A stretch of 64,000 nucleotides of DNA from positions 124,001-188,000 of the forward strand of contig CAXHJY010000861.1 in assembly GCA_964016885.1 (NCBI GenBank). Direction: 5' to 3'. This stretch comes from Eledone cirrhosa. Taxonomy: Eukaryota. The position numbers were made by a program, and so were the translations under genes. Each line of letters opens with the position of its first letter. Positions within the stretch are counted from its first letter, which is position 1. The notes below the pieces were generated by a model. That model made no database searches. It had not been told where the DNA came from and saw nothing but the letters and a program-made list of their open reading frames with translations. Positions 25,994 through 35,900 of this stretch are shown here, piece after piece.

Positions 25994-26081
25994 TTATCCC
26001 TCAACTGTTAACCCTATATATTATCCCTCAACTGTTAACCCTATATATTATCCCTAAACTGTTAACCCTTTTATTTTATCC
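25994..26081. repeat. 27-bp minisatellite, about 3 copies
   Basis: TTATCCCTCAACTGTTAACCCTATATA starts at 25994, 26021 and 26048, with a partial copy at about 26076. Confidence 0.85.
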
Positions 26082-26204
26082 AATAAATTATTCTGATTCT
26101 AGAAATATTGCTCTAACAATGACGATATTATTGTTCTACAAGAGAAATGTTCCCAGTACCATAAAGTGACATTAGGTGTTCAACCATAGTGAACCAAGCC
26201 GAAC

Positions 26205-26348
26205 ATGGAATCTGACCAGTCTAAAAACCTTTCAACCCATCAAACCCATACAAACATGGAACATAGACATTAGATGGTGATAGTGATGATGATACCATCC
26301 TCCTCATTTAATGTCCACTTTCCCAACTAGCAAGGGTAGGACAGGTCT
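26205..26348. mobile_element. Two degenerate SINE-like 3' ends, tail to tail around a (GAT)n/(CAT)n tract
   Basis: CCCATACAAACATGGAACATAGACATTAGATGGTGAT... is followed by the inverse-type CATTTAATGTCCACTTTCCCAACTAGCAAGGGTAGGAC, similar to 28357-28405. Confidence 0.45.
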
Positions 26349-26421
26349 TCACCAACAAAGTCAGTACTAGAATGGTGCTGCTGACCTCCCAGACAGACCA
26401 ACACATCTCCCTTACATCATA

Positions 26422-27027
26422 TAATAATAATGATAATAATGAAATTATTGTGTACAGTTCTCAGGTGCACTAAAACTCATCAAAGGTGCATGTATAGTAC
26501 ATAGAATAATGTGCAAATGTCAGAGAAGTGAATACTGTATGAGTCGTGATATATAAACAGTTACACACATGCGTGCGTGTGTGTGGAGGGGAAATATCAG
26601 GTGGAGTGTTGGCGAATCTCAGGGAGCATGGAGGTTTTAAAGGATGCAGTGTCTCGACAGCTAACAACTGATGCAGGTAGTTTGTTCCATGGAGGTTTTA
26701 AAGGATGCAGTGTCTCGACAGCTAACAACTGATGCAGGTAGTTTGTTCCATGGAGGTTTTAAAGGATGCAGTGTCTTGACAGCTAACAACTGATGCAGGT
26801 AGTTTGTTCCATGGAGGTTTTAAAGGATGCAGTGTCTTGACAGCTAACAACTGATGCAGGTAGTTTGTTCCATGCTTCAGCAACTCTGAGCGTGAAGAAA
26901 TGTTTCCGAAAGTCATGGAAGCTGTGCTGTTTTCTGACTTTGTGGGCATGTCCACGTGGGTTAGACACATGGAATTCAAGACGTTGCTCAGGGTTGATGT
27001 TGGAAAGATGGTTAATGATTATGTTCT
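26422..27027 (-). mobile_element. 5'-truncated CR1-clade LINE fragment (ORF2 C-terminus, 3' UTR, (ATT)n tail)
   Basis: Translation SNPRGHAHKVRKQHSFHDFRKHFFTLRVAEAWNKLPASVVSCQDTASFK matches the CR1-type ORF2 end pattern RGHxxK...RKHFFxxRVxxxWNxLPxxVV...SFK. Simple-repeat tail at 26422-26440. Confidence 0.8.
26627..26874. repeat. 61-bp tandem repeat x4 inside the LINE fragment
   Basis: Units start CATGG at 26627, 26688, 26749 and 26810, with a closing CATG at 26871. Units differ only by TCTCGAC (copies 1-2) versus TCTTGAC (copies 3-4). Confidence 0.95.
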
Positions 27028-27354
27028 CCCAAGTGTATTGTATTGTAGCACCAACAACAGAGAGGTTGTCATGTCTTTTACACAGTTGAAGAGTCCTTCA
27101 AAGCCTTTGTTTGGTAAGTTTTCCATAGCTGGATACCTTTTCTATCACCAAACCACTTTATAGAATCTACTGGCTACATGTATCATGTAGATCACCAGCA
27201 CTAGAGAGGTTGTCTTGCAGTTGACACAACTGAAGGGTCCTCCCAACCCTTTTACAGCAGAGTGCTCACCAACTACTTGACAGGGTTTCAGGTGCATTTT
27301 CATGGTCTCAACACCAAAGAGGGAGTTGGTCATTGCCCCAACTGAGGAGCCCTC

Positions 27355-27560
27355 TCTGGGTGGGGAGAGATATGAAGTTAGGGGTGTATGATGTGGTGTG
27401 ATGAGTGGGGGTAAGTAGGGATATAGAGGTGGTGAGAATACCTGGGTTGGGGTTAGTAGTGCAAGGTGGGAGGTTGGGCGTAGTGGTAGAGAGAATAGTT
27501 AAGGAGTGGTAGTGGAGGGGGTATTGTGGTGATGGTGGTGACAACGATGATGATGTATGA
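27355..27560. repeat. G/T-rich low-complexity tract
   Basis: Runs of GGT, GTA, GAT and GGG with no regular unit. Confidence 0.6.
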
Positions 27561-27673
27561 TAATTATTTCTAATCTAGGCACAAGGCCAGAAATTTGTGT
27601 GGGTGGGGATTGAAATTGACCCCTAGTATTTGACTGGTACTTTATTTTACTGACCCCAGCAGAATTTGAAGTC
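27560..27673 (-). mobile_element. SINE fragment (family of 1478-1660)
   Basis: TCTAGGCACAAGGCCAGAAATTT...GACTGGTACTTTATTTTACTGACCCC...GAATTTGAA, with an internal deletion relative to the other copies. Confidence 0.7.
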
Positions 27674-27772
27674 AACATCATCATCATCATCGTTTAACGG
27701 CTATCTTCCACACTAGCTGTAACTAAATATGGCAAACTAGGGTCCTTGGGTGATCTTTAATAATGAAGGGCA

Positions 27773-28142
27773 TCATTTGAGGGGAAGGGATCTTCTGTAC
27801 CATGACTCAGGGAGACTACCAGGTTATTTGAGGGGAAGGGACCTTCTGTACCATGTCACAGGGAGACTGCCAGGTTATTTGAGGGGAAGGGACCTTCTGT
27901 ACCATGTCACAGGGAGACTGTCAGGTTATTTGAGGGGAAGGGACTTACCTTCTGTACCATGTCACAGGAAGACTGCCAGGTTATTTGAGAGGAAGGGACC
28001 TTCTGTACCATGTCACAGGGAGACTGCTAGATTATTTGAGAGGAAGGGACCTTCTGTACCATGTCACAGGGAGACTGCCAGGTTATTTGAGGGGAAGGGA
28101 CTTACCTTCTGTACCATGTCACAGGGAGACTGCCAGGTTATT
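27773..28142. repeat. 51/55-bp minisatellite x7 made of the MLYCD exon 3' end plus splice donor
   Basis: The GGGGAAGGGA register falls at 27781, 27832, 27883, 27934, 27989, 28040 and 28091. The last copy is the real exon/intron junction. Confidence 0.95.
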
Positions 28143-28258
28143 CTCTGTAAATTTAATAAACCCACGGAAAACCAGAGACCCAGTAATTCGCGCAGTAAAT
28201 AGTTTAAGATTCGGAGATGTGGACTTTCTTGGTTCAAACCAGACACTGTGATTTCATG
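28106..28258 (-). CDS. MLYCD: Malonyl-CoA decarboxylase, internal exon (HEITVSG...LLRELLGLWFSVGLLNLQRITWQSPCDMVQK)
   Basis: Acceptor CCTTTTTTTCAG ends at 28259 and donor GTAAGT starts at 28105; 153 nt, phase 0/0. MCD motif WFSxGxLNLxRxTWxSPC. Confidence 0.95.
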
Positions 28259-28299
28259 CTGAAAAAAAGGAAATCTTTACATGTACTTATTATATTTAA

Positions 28300-28640
28300 A
28301 TGTCTGTGTGTCTGTGTGTACTAATGTGTGTATGTGTCAATATCTATGTATGTGTGTCATCATCGTTTAATGTCTATCTTCCACGCTAGCATGGGTTAGA
28401 CGGGAGTTGTCCCACTTGAGGCAAGATTGGTCGGGTGACCGTGTTTCGCTCGTATAGGACTATCTGACAGGTTTTCTACGGCTGGATGCCCTTCCTAACA
28501 CCAACTGTGTGTGTATGTTAATATGTATCTGTCTGTGTATCTCATGTGCGTGTGTGTGTGTATGTCTGTATCTTATATGTGTGTCTGTGTATCTCGTGTG
28601 TGTGTGTGTGAGGGTGTGTGTGTGTATGTACACATATATG
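28300..28640. repeat. Degenerate (TG)n/(TGTA)n microsatellite interrupted by a SINE-like insertion
   Basis: TG-rich tracts at 28300-28356 and 28506-28640. Confidence 0.8.
28357..28506 (-). mobile_element. SINE-like element 3' portion with (ATG)n tail
   Basis: CATCATCGTTTAATGTCTATCTTCCACGCTAGCATGGG...GGCTGGATGCCCTTCCTAACACCAAC. The same end occurs at 27676-27718 and the same core, inverted, at about 25498-25522. Confidence 0.7.
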
Positions 28641-28644
28641 AGAA

Positions 28645-28775
28645 AGTATGTGGTTTAGTTGTTAGGTTGTTTGGCTGCAAGTTGTGAGGTCATGTGTTTG
28701 ATCCCCAACAGTTGTGTCCTTGAGCAAGGTTCTTTATTTTACCTTGCTTCAGTCCACCCAGCTGCTAGAAATCAG
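28645..28775 (+). mobile_element. tRNA-derived CORE-like SINE
   Basis: A-box-like TGGTTTAGTTGTTAG, B-box-like GTTTGATCCCC, then CORE-like GTGTCCTTGAGCAAGGTTCTTTATTTTACCTTGCTTCAGT. Confidence 0.7.
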
Positions 28776-28949
28776 TTATACTTGTAATTTAAATGTTAAG
28801 CTACTAGTAAAAATATATTTCTTCTTTTCTTTAATCCTGTAACTCCTGAGGAAGTGATAAGGGCACTGTATTGATATACAGCGTTTCTTGGCAGATCCCA
28901 TCCCTCTCCAGGTCTGAGTACAGTAGATTTTTTCCAGACAGAGGAAGAT

Positions 28950-29110
28950 TTGACCCAGTACAAGACTGGTACTTTTTTTATCGACCTCGAAAGGATGAAA
29001 GGCAAAGTTGGCCTCAGCGGGTTTTTAACTCAGACATCAGAGAGCCAGAACAAATACCATAAAACACTCCATCCAATTCGCTACCAAGAAAACTCTGCCA
29101 ATTCGCTACC
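28950..29110 (-). mobile_element. tRNA-derived SINE fragment (family of 1478-1660)
   Basis: GACTGGTACTTTTTTATCGACCTCGAAAGGATGAAAGGCAAAGTTGGCCTCAGCGGGTTTTTAACTCAGA. Confidence 0.75.
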
Positions 29111-29251
29111 AAGAAAAAATATTACAAACCTCTAAATTAACAAACCTATTTTTAGATATTTTCATTTTTAAGTAAATCTTTACAGGATGTTGAGAGTCTA
29201 GAAAAAAGAAATCGTTTCTATAAAAGAACATCTCAAATGTTGTAAACTTAC

Positions 29252-29389
29252 CAAAACATCTCCTCTTAAATCAACCAGAAACTTCACACCACCTTCAATA
29301 CGGCCAATATTGACAAAAAGTTGTTTGTACTGTGGAGTAAGAGCGTTGCGTAACATTTCCCCGGCTTTCAATAAAGCAAGTTCAGATGC
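29252..29389 (-). CDS. MLYCD: Malonyl-CoA decarboxylase, internal exon, not in the ORF track (ASELALLKAGEMLRNALTPQYKQLFVNIGRIEGGVKFLVDLRGDVL)
   Basis: Translated by hand. Acceptor TTTCTCTTCTATACAG ends at 29390 and donor GTAAGT starts at 29251; 138 nt, phase 0/0. Matches the MCD N-terminal helical-domain motif LRxALxPxYxxLF...GGVxFLVxLRxD. Confidence 0.93.
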
Positions 29390-29424
29390 CTGTATAGAAG
29401 AGAAACACAGATATATATCTTACA

Positions 29425-29620
29425 CATGTGGACTACTGCTAACATGTAGCTCAGTACATGTCATGTGGACTATTGGTAACATGTAGCCCAGTACAACATG
29501 TCACATGGGCTACTGGTAACATGTAGCTCAGTACATGTCATGTGGGCTACTGGTAACATGTAGGCCAGTGCATGTCATGTGGGCTACTGGTAACATGTAA
29601 CCCAGTACAACATGCCATGT
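29425..29620. repeat. 37/40-bp minisatellite, about 5 copies
   Basis: Approximate consensus CATGTGGGCTACTGGTAACATGTAGCCCAGTA(CAA)CATGT, with starts at about 29425, 29462, 29502, 29539 and 29576. Confidence 0.9.
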
Positions 29621-29926
29621 TGGTGGGTCAGTACAACTAAACACCACCAAGCTTTCTTGGTGAAAAGGATGAGTTCTGGACAATCTGGAGAATGAAAAAG
29701 AAAACCTGTCAAAAAGAAGAACTCAGGAGGGTCCAAGCAACAATTTGTACATCTTTATATGTGGTGTATAGACATGACAATACTCAGGTTAGTGCCCAAG
29801 TGGATGGTTAGCCCACTGGCAGTGACTCCTAGTCTTTGTTAGGACATCATTCTAGGAGAAGGAAAACTCTGTAAAATCTGTGACTCAATGACAGTCAATG
29901 ATGTTGAACAGTTCTTCTTTCTGGAT

Positions 29927-32900
29927 GTCACCATTGTTCAGAGAGTGAGATTGGCCAGTGTAAGGCCTGCCTTGTCACCATTGTCCAGAGAGTGAGACTG
30001 ATCCAGTGTAAGGCCTTCCTTGTCACCATTATCCAGAGAGTGAGATTGGTCCAGTGTAAGGCCTTCCTTGTCACCATTGTCCAGAGAGTGAGATTAGTCC
30101 AGTGTAAGGCCTTCCTTGTCACCATTGTCCAGAGAGTGAGATTAGTCCAGTGTAAGGCCTTCCTTGTCACCATTGTCCAGAGAGTGAGATTGGTCCAGTG
30201 TAAGGCCTTCCTTGTCACCATTGTCCAGAGAGTGAGACTGGTCCAGTGTAAGGCCTTCCTTGTCACCATTGTCCAGAGAGTGAGATTGGTCCAGTGTAAG
30301 GCCTTCCTTGTCACCATTGTCCAGAGAGTGAGACTGGTCCAGTGTAGGGCCTTCCTTGTCACCATTGTCCAGAGAGTGAGATTGGTCCAGTGTAAGGCCT
30401 TCCTTGTCACCATTGTCCAGAGAGTGAGACTGGTCCAGTGTAAGGCCTTCCTTGTCACCATTGTCCAGAGAGTGAGACTGGTCCAGTGTAAGGCCTTCCT
30501 TGTCACCATTGTCCAGAGAGTGAGACTGGTCCAGTGTAGGGCCTTCCTTGTCACCATTGTCCAGAGAGTGAGATTAGTCCAGTGTAAGGCCTTCCTTGTC
30601 ACCATTGTCCAGAGAGTGAGATTGGTCCAGAGTAAGGCCTTCCTTGTCACCATTGTCCAGAGAGTGAGATTAGTCCAGTGTAAGGCCTTCCTTGTCACCA
30701 TTGTCCAGAGAGTGAGATTGGTCCAGAGTAAGGCCTTCCTTGTCACCATTGTCCAGAGAGTGAGATTGGTCCAGAGTAAGGCCTTCCTTGTCACCATTGT
30801 CCAGAGAGTGAGATTGGTCCAGTGTAAGGCCTTCCTTGTCACCATTGTCCAGAGAGTGAGATTAGTCCAGTGTAAGGCCTTCCTTGTCACCATTGTCCAG
30901 AGAGTGAGATTGGTCCAGAGTAAGGCCTTCCTTGTCACCATTGTCCAGAGAGTGTGATTGGTCCAGTGTAAGGCCTTCCTTGTCACCATTGTCCAGAGAG
31001 TGTGATTGGTCCAGTGTAAGGCCTTCCTTGTCACCATTGTCCAGAGAGTGAGATTAGTCCAGTGTAAGGCCTTCCTTGTCTCCATTGTTCAGAGTGTGAG
31101 ATTGGTCCAGTGTAAGGCCTTCCTTGTCACCATTGTCCAGAGAGTGACACTGGTCCAGTGTAGGGCCTTCCTTGTCACCATTGTCCAGAGAGTGACACTG
31201 GTCCAGTGTAAGGCCTTCCTTGTCACCATTGTCCAGAGAGTGACACTGGTCCAGTGTAAGGCCTTCCTTGTCACCATTGTCCAGAGAGTGAGACTGGTCC
31301 AGTGTAAGGCCTTCCTTGTCACCATTGTCCAGAGAGTGAGACTGGTCCAGTGTAAGGCCTTCCTTGTCACCATTGTCCAGAGAGTGAGACTGGTCCAGTG
31401 TAAGGCCTTCCTTGTCACCATTGTCCAGAGAGTGAGATTAGTCCAGTGTAAGGCCTTCCTTGTCACCATTGTCCAGAGAGTGAGACTGGTCCAGTGTAAG
31501 GCCTTCCTTGTCACCATTGTCCAGAGAGTGAGATTAGTCCAGTGTAAGGCCTTCCTTGTCACCATTGTCCAGAGAGTGAGATTAGTCCAGTGTAAGGCCT
31601 TCCTTGTCACCATTGTCCAGAGAGTGAGACTGGTCCAGTGTAAGGCCTTCCTTGTCACCATTGTCCAGAGAGTGAGACTGGTCCAGTGTAAGGCCTTCCT
31701 TGTCACCATTGTCCAGAGAGTGAGACTGGTCCAGTGTAGGGCCTTCCTTGTCACCATTGTCCAGAGAGTGAGATTAGTCCAGTGTAAGGCCTTCCTTGTC
31801 ACCATTGTCCAGAGAGTGAGATTAGTCCAGTGTAAGGCCTTCCTTGTCACCATTGTCCAGAGAGTGAGATTAGTCCAGTGTAAGGCCTTCCTTGTCACCA
31901 TTGTCCAGAGAGTGAGACTGGTCCAGTGTAAGGCCTTCCTTGTCACCATTGTCCAGAGAGTGAGACTGGTCCAGTGTAAGGCCTTCCTTGTCACCATTGT
32001 CCAGAGAGTGAGATTAGTCCAGTGTAAGGCCTTCCTTGTCACCATTGTCCAGAGAGTGAGATTAGTCCAGTGTAAGGCCTTCCTTGTCACCATTGTCCAG
32101 AGAGTGAGACTGGTCCAGTGTAAGGCCTTCCTTGTCACCATTGTCCAGAGAGTGAGATTAGTCCAGTGTAAGGCCTTCCTTGTCACCATTGTCCAGAGAG
32201 TGAGATTAGTCCAGTGTAAGGCCTTCCTTGTCACCATTGTCCAGAGAGTGAGATTAGTCCAGTGTAAGGCCTTCCTTGTCACCATTGTCCAGAGAGTGAG
32301 ATTAGTCCAGTGTAAGGCCTTCCTTGTCACCATTGTCCAGAGAGTGAGATTAGTCCAGTGTAAGGCCTTCCTTGTCACCATTGTCCAGAGAGTGAGACTG
32401 GTCCAGTGTAAGGCCTTCCTTGTCACCATTGTCCAGAGAGTGAGACTGGTCCAGTGTAAGGCCTTCCTTGTCACCATTGTCCAGAGAGTGAGACTGGTCC
32501 AGTGTAAGGCCTTCCTTGTCACCATTGTCCAGAGAGTGAGATTAGTCCAGTGTAAGGCCTTCCTTGTCACCATTGTCCAGAGAGTGAGACTGGTCCAGTG
32601 TAAGGCCTTCCTTGTCACCATTGTCCAGAGAGTGAGATTAGTCCAGTGTAAGGCCTTCCTTGTCACCATTGTCCAGAGAGTGAGACTGGTCCAGTGTAAG
32701 GCCTTCCTTGTCACCATTGTCCAGAGAGTGAGACTGGTCCAGTGTAAGGCCTTCCTTGTCACCATTGTCCAGAGAGTGAGACTGGTCCAGTGTAAGGCCT
32801 TCCTTGTCACCATTGTCCAGAGAGTGAGATTAGTCCAGTGTAAGGCCTTCCTTGTCACCATTGTCCAGAGAGTGAGACTGGTCCAGTGTAAGGCCTTCCT

Positions 32901-35900
32901 TGTCACCATTGTCCAGAGAGTGAGATTAGTCCAGTGTAAGGCCTTCCTTGTCACCATTGTCCAGAGAGTGAGACTGGTCCAGTGTAGGGCCTTCCTTGTC
33001 ACCATTGTCCAGAGAGTGAGACTGGTCCAGTGTAAGGCCTTCCTTGTCACCATTGTCCAGAGAGTGAGATTAGTCCAGTGTAAGGCCTTCCTTGTCACCA
33101 TTGTCCAGAGAGTGAGACTGGTCCAGTGTAAGGCCTTCCTTGTCACCATTGTCCAGAGAGTGAGATTAGTCCAGTGTAAGGCCTTCCTTGTCACCATTGT
33201 CCAGAGAGTGAGATTAGTCCAGTGTAAGGCCTTCCTTGTCACCATTGTCCAGAGAGTGAGATTAGTCCAGTGTAAGGCCTTCCTTGTCACCATTGTCCAG
33301 AGAGTGAGATTAGTCCAGTGTAAGGCCTTCCTTGTCACCATTGTCCAGAGAGTGAGATTGGTCCAGTGTAAGGCCTTCCTTGTCACCATTGTCCAGAGAG
33401 TGAGATTAGTCCAGTGTAAGGCCTTCCTTGTCACCATTGTCCAGAGAGTGAGATTGGTCCAGTGTAAGGCCTTCCTTGTCACCATTGTCCAGAGAGTGAG
33501 ATTAGTCCAGTGTAGGGCCTTCCTTGTCACCATTGTCCAGAGAGTGAGATTAGTCCAGTGTAGGGCCTTCCTTGTTACCATTGTCCAGAGAGTGAGATTA
33601 GTCCAGTGTAAGGCCTTCCTTGTCACCATTGTCCAGAGAGTGAGATTAGTCCAGTGTAAGGCCTTCCTTGTCACCATTGTCCAGAGAGTGAGATTAGTCC
33701 AGTGTAAGGCCTTCCTTGTCACCATTGTCCAGAGAGTGAGATTAGTCCAGTGTAGGGCCTTCCTTGTTACCATTGTCCAGAGAGTGAGATTAGTCCAGTG
33801 TAAGGCCTTATTTGTCACCATTGTCCAGAGAGTGACACTGGTCCAGTGTAAGGCCTTCCTTGTCACCATTGTCCAGAGAGTGAGATTAGTCCAGTGTAAG
33901 GCCTTATTTGTCACCATTGTCCAGAGAGTGAGACTGGTCCAGTGTAAGGCCTTCCTTGTCACCATTGTCCAGAGAGTGAGATTAGTCCAGTGTAAGGCCT
34001 TCCTTGTCACCATTGTCCAGAGAGTGAGATTAGTCCAGTGTAAGGCCTTCCTTGTCACCATTGTGCAGAGAGTGAGATTAGTCCAGTGTAAGGCCTTATT
34101 TGTCACCATTGTCCAGAGAGTGAGACTGGTCCAGTGTAAGGCCTTCCTTGTCACCATTGTCCAGAGAGTGAGATTAGTCCAGTGTAAGGCCTTCCTTGTC
34201 ACCATTGTCCAGAGTGTGAGACTGGTCCAGTGTAAGGCCTTCCTTGTCACCATTGTCCAGAGAGTGAGATTGGTCCAGTGTAAGGCCTTCCTTGTCACCA
34301 TTGTCCAGAGAGTGAGATTAGTCCAGTGTATGGCCTTCCTTGTCACCATTGTCCAGAGTGTGAGATTGGTCCAGTGTAAGGCCTTCCTTGTCACCATTGT
34401 CCAGAGAGTGAGATTAGTCCAGTGTAAGGCCTTCCTTGTCACCATTGTCCAGAGAGTGAGATTAGTCCAGTGTAAGGCCTTCCTTGTCACCATTGTCCAG
34501 AGAGTGAGATTAGTCCAGTGTAAGGCCTTCCTTGTCACCATTGTCCAGAGAGTGAGATTAGTCCAGTGTATGGCCTTCCTTGTCACCATTGTCCAGAGTG
34601 TGAGATTGGTCCAGTGTAAGGCCTTCCTTGTCACCATTGTCCAGAGAGTGAGATTAGTCCAGTGTAAGGCCTTCCTTGTCACCATTGTCCAGAGAGTGAG
34701 ATTAGTCCAGTGTAAGGCCTTCCTTGTCACCATTGTCCAGAGAGTGAGATTAGTCCAGTGTAAGGCCTTCCTTGTCACCATTGTCCAGAGAGTGAGATTA
34801 GTCCAGTGTAAGGCCTTCCTTGTCACCATTGTCCAGAGAGTGAGATTAGTCGAGTGTAAGGCCTTCCTTGTCACCATTGGTCCAGTGTAAGGCCTTCCTT
34901 GTCACCATTGTCCAGAGAGTGAGATTAGTCCAGTGTAAGGCCTTCCTTGTCACCATTGTCCAGAGTGTGAGATTGGTCCAGTGTAAGGCCTTCCTTGTCA
35001 CCATTGTCCAGAGAGTGAGATTAGTCCAGTGTAAGGCCTTCCTTGTCACCATTGTCCAGAGAGTGAGATTAGTCCAGTGTAAGGCCTTCCTTGTCACCAT
35101 TGTCCAGAGAGTGAGATTGGTCCAGTGTAAGGCCTTCCTTGTCACCATTGTCCAGAGAGTGAGATTAGTCCAGTGTAATGTCTTCCTTGTCACCATTGTC
35201 CAGAGTGTGAGATTGGTCCAGTGTAAGGCCTTCCTTGTCACCATTGTCCAGAGTGTGAGATTGGTCCAGTGTAAGGCCTTCCTTGTCACCATTGTCCAGA
35301 GAGTGAGATTAGTCCAGTGTAAGGCCTTCCTTGTCACCATTGTCCAGAGAGTGAGATTAGTCCAGTGTAAGGCCTTCCTTGTCACCATTGTCCAGAGTGT
35401 GAGATTGGTCCAGTGTAAGGCCTTCCTTGTCACCATTGTCCAGAGAGTGAGATTAGTCCAGTGTAAGGCCTTCCTTGTCACCATTGTCCAGAGAGTGAGA
35501 TTAGTCCAGTGTAAGAACTTCCTTGTCACCATTGTCTAGAGAGTGAGATTAGTCCAGTGTAAGGCCTTCCTTGTCACCATTGTCCAGAGAGTGAGATTAG
35601 TCCAGTGTAAGGCCTTCCTTGTCACCATTGTCCAGAGAGTGAGATTAGTCCAGTGTAAGGCCTTCCTTGTCACCATTGTCCAGAGAGTGAGATTAGTCCA
35701 GTGTAAGGCCTTCCTTGTCACCATTGTCCAGAGTGTGAGATTGATCCAGTGTAAGGCCTTCCTTGTCACCATTGTCCAGAGAGTGAGATTAGTCCAGTGT
35801 AAGGCCTTCCTTGTCACCATTGTCCAGAGAGTGAGATTAGTCCAGTGTAAGGCCTTCCTTGTCACCATTGTCCAGAGAGTGAGATTGGTCCAGTGTAAGG

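Noticed and set aside
27750-28251. Plus-strand ORFs of 150 and 88 aa
   Set aside because: They are antisense translations of the 51-bp minisatellite and the MLYCD exon.
867-29389. MLYCD as a pseudogene disrupted by repeats
   Set aside because: All six exons are open, have GT-AG ends, join in phase and retain the conserved motifs.
29760-29926. Possible retroelement fragment (CTAGGAGAAGGAAAACTCTG) as the parent of array 2
   Set aside because: Only a short remembered motif, with no second copy in the window and no similarity to the array 2 monomer. It needs a repeat-library search.
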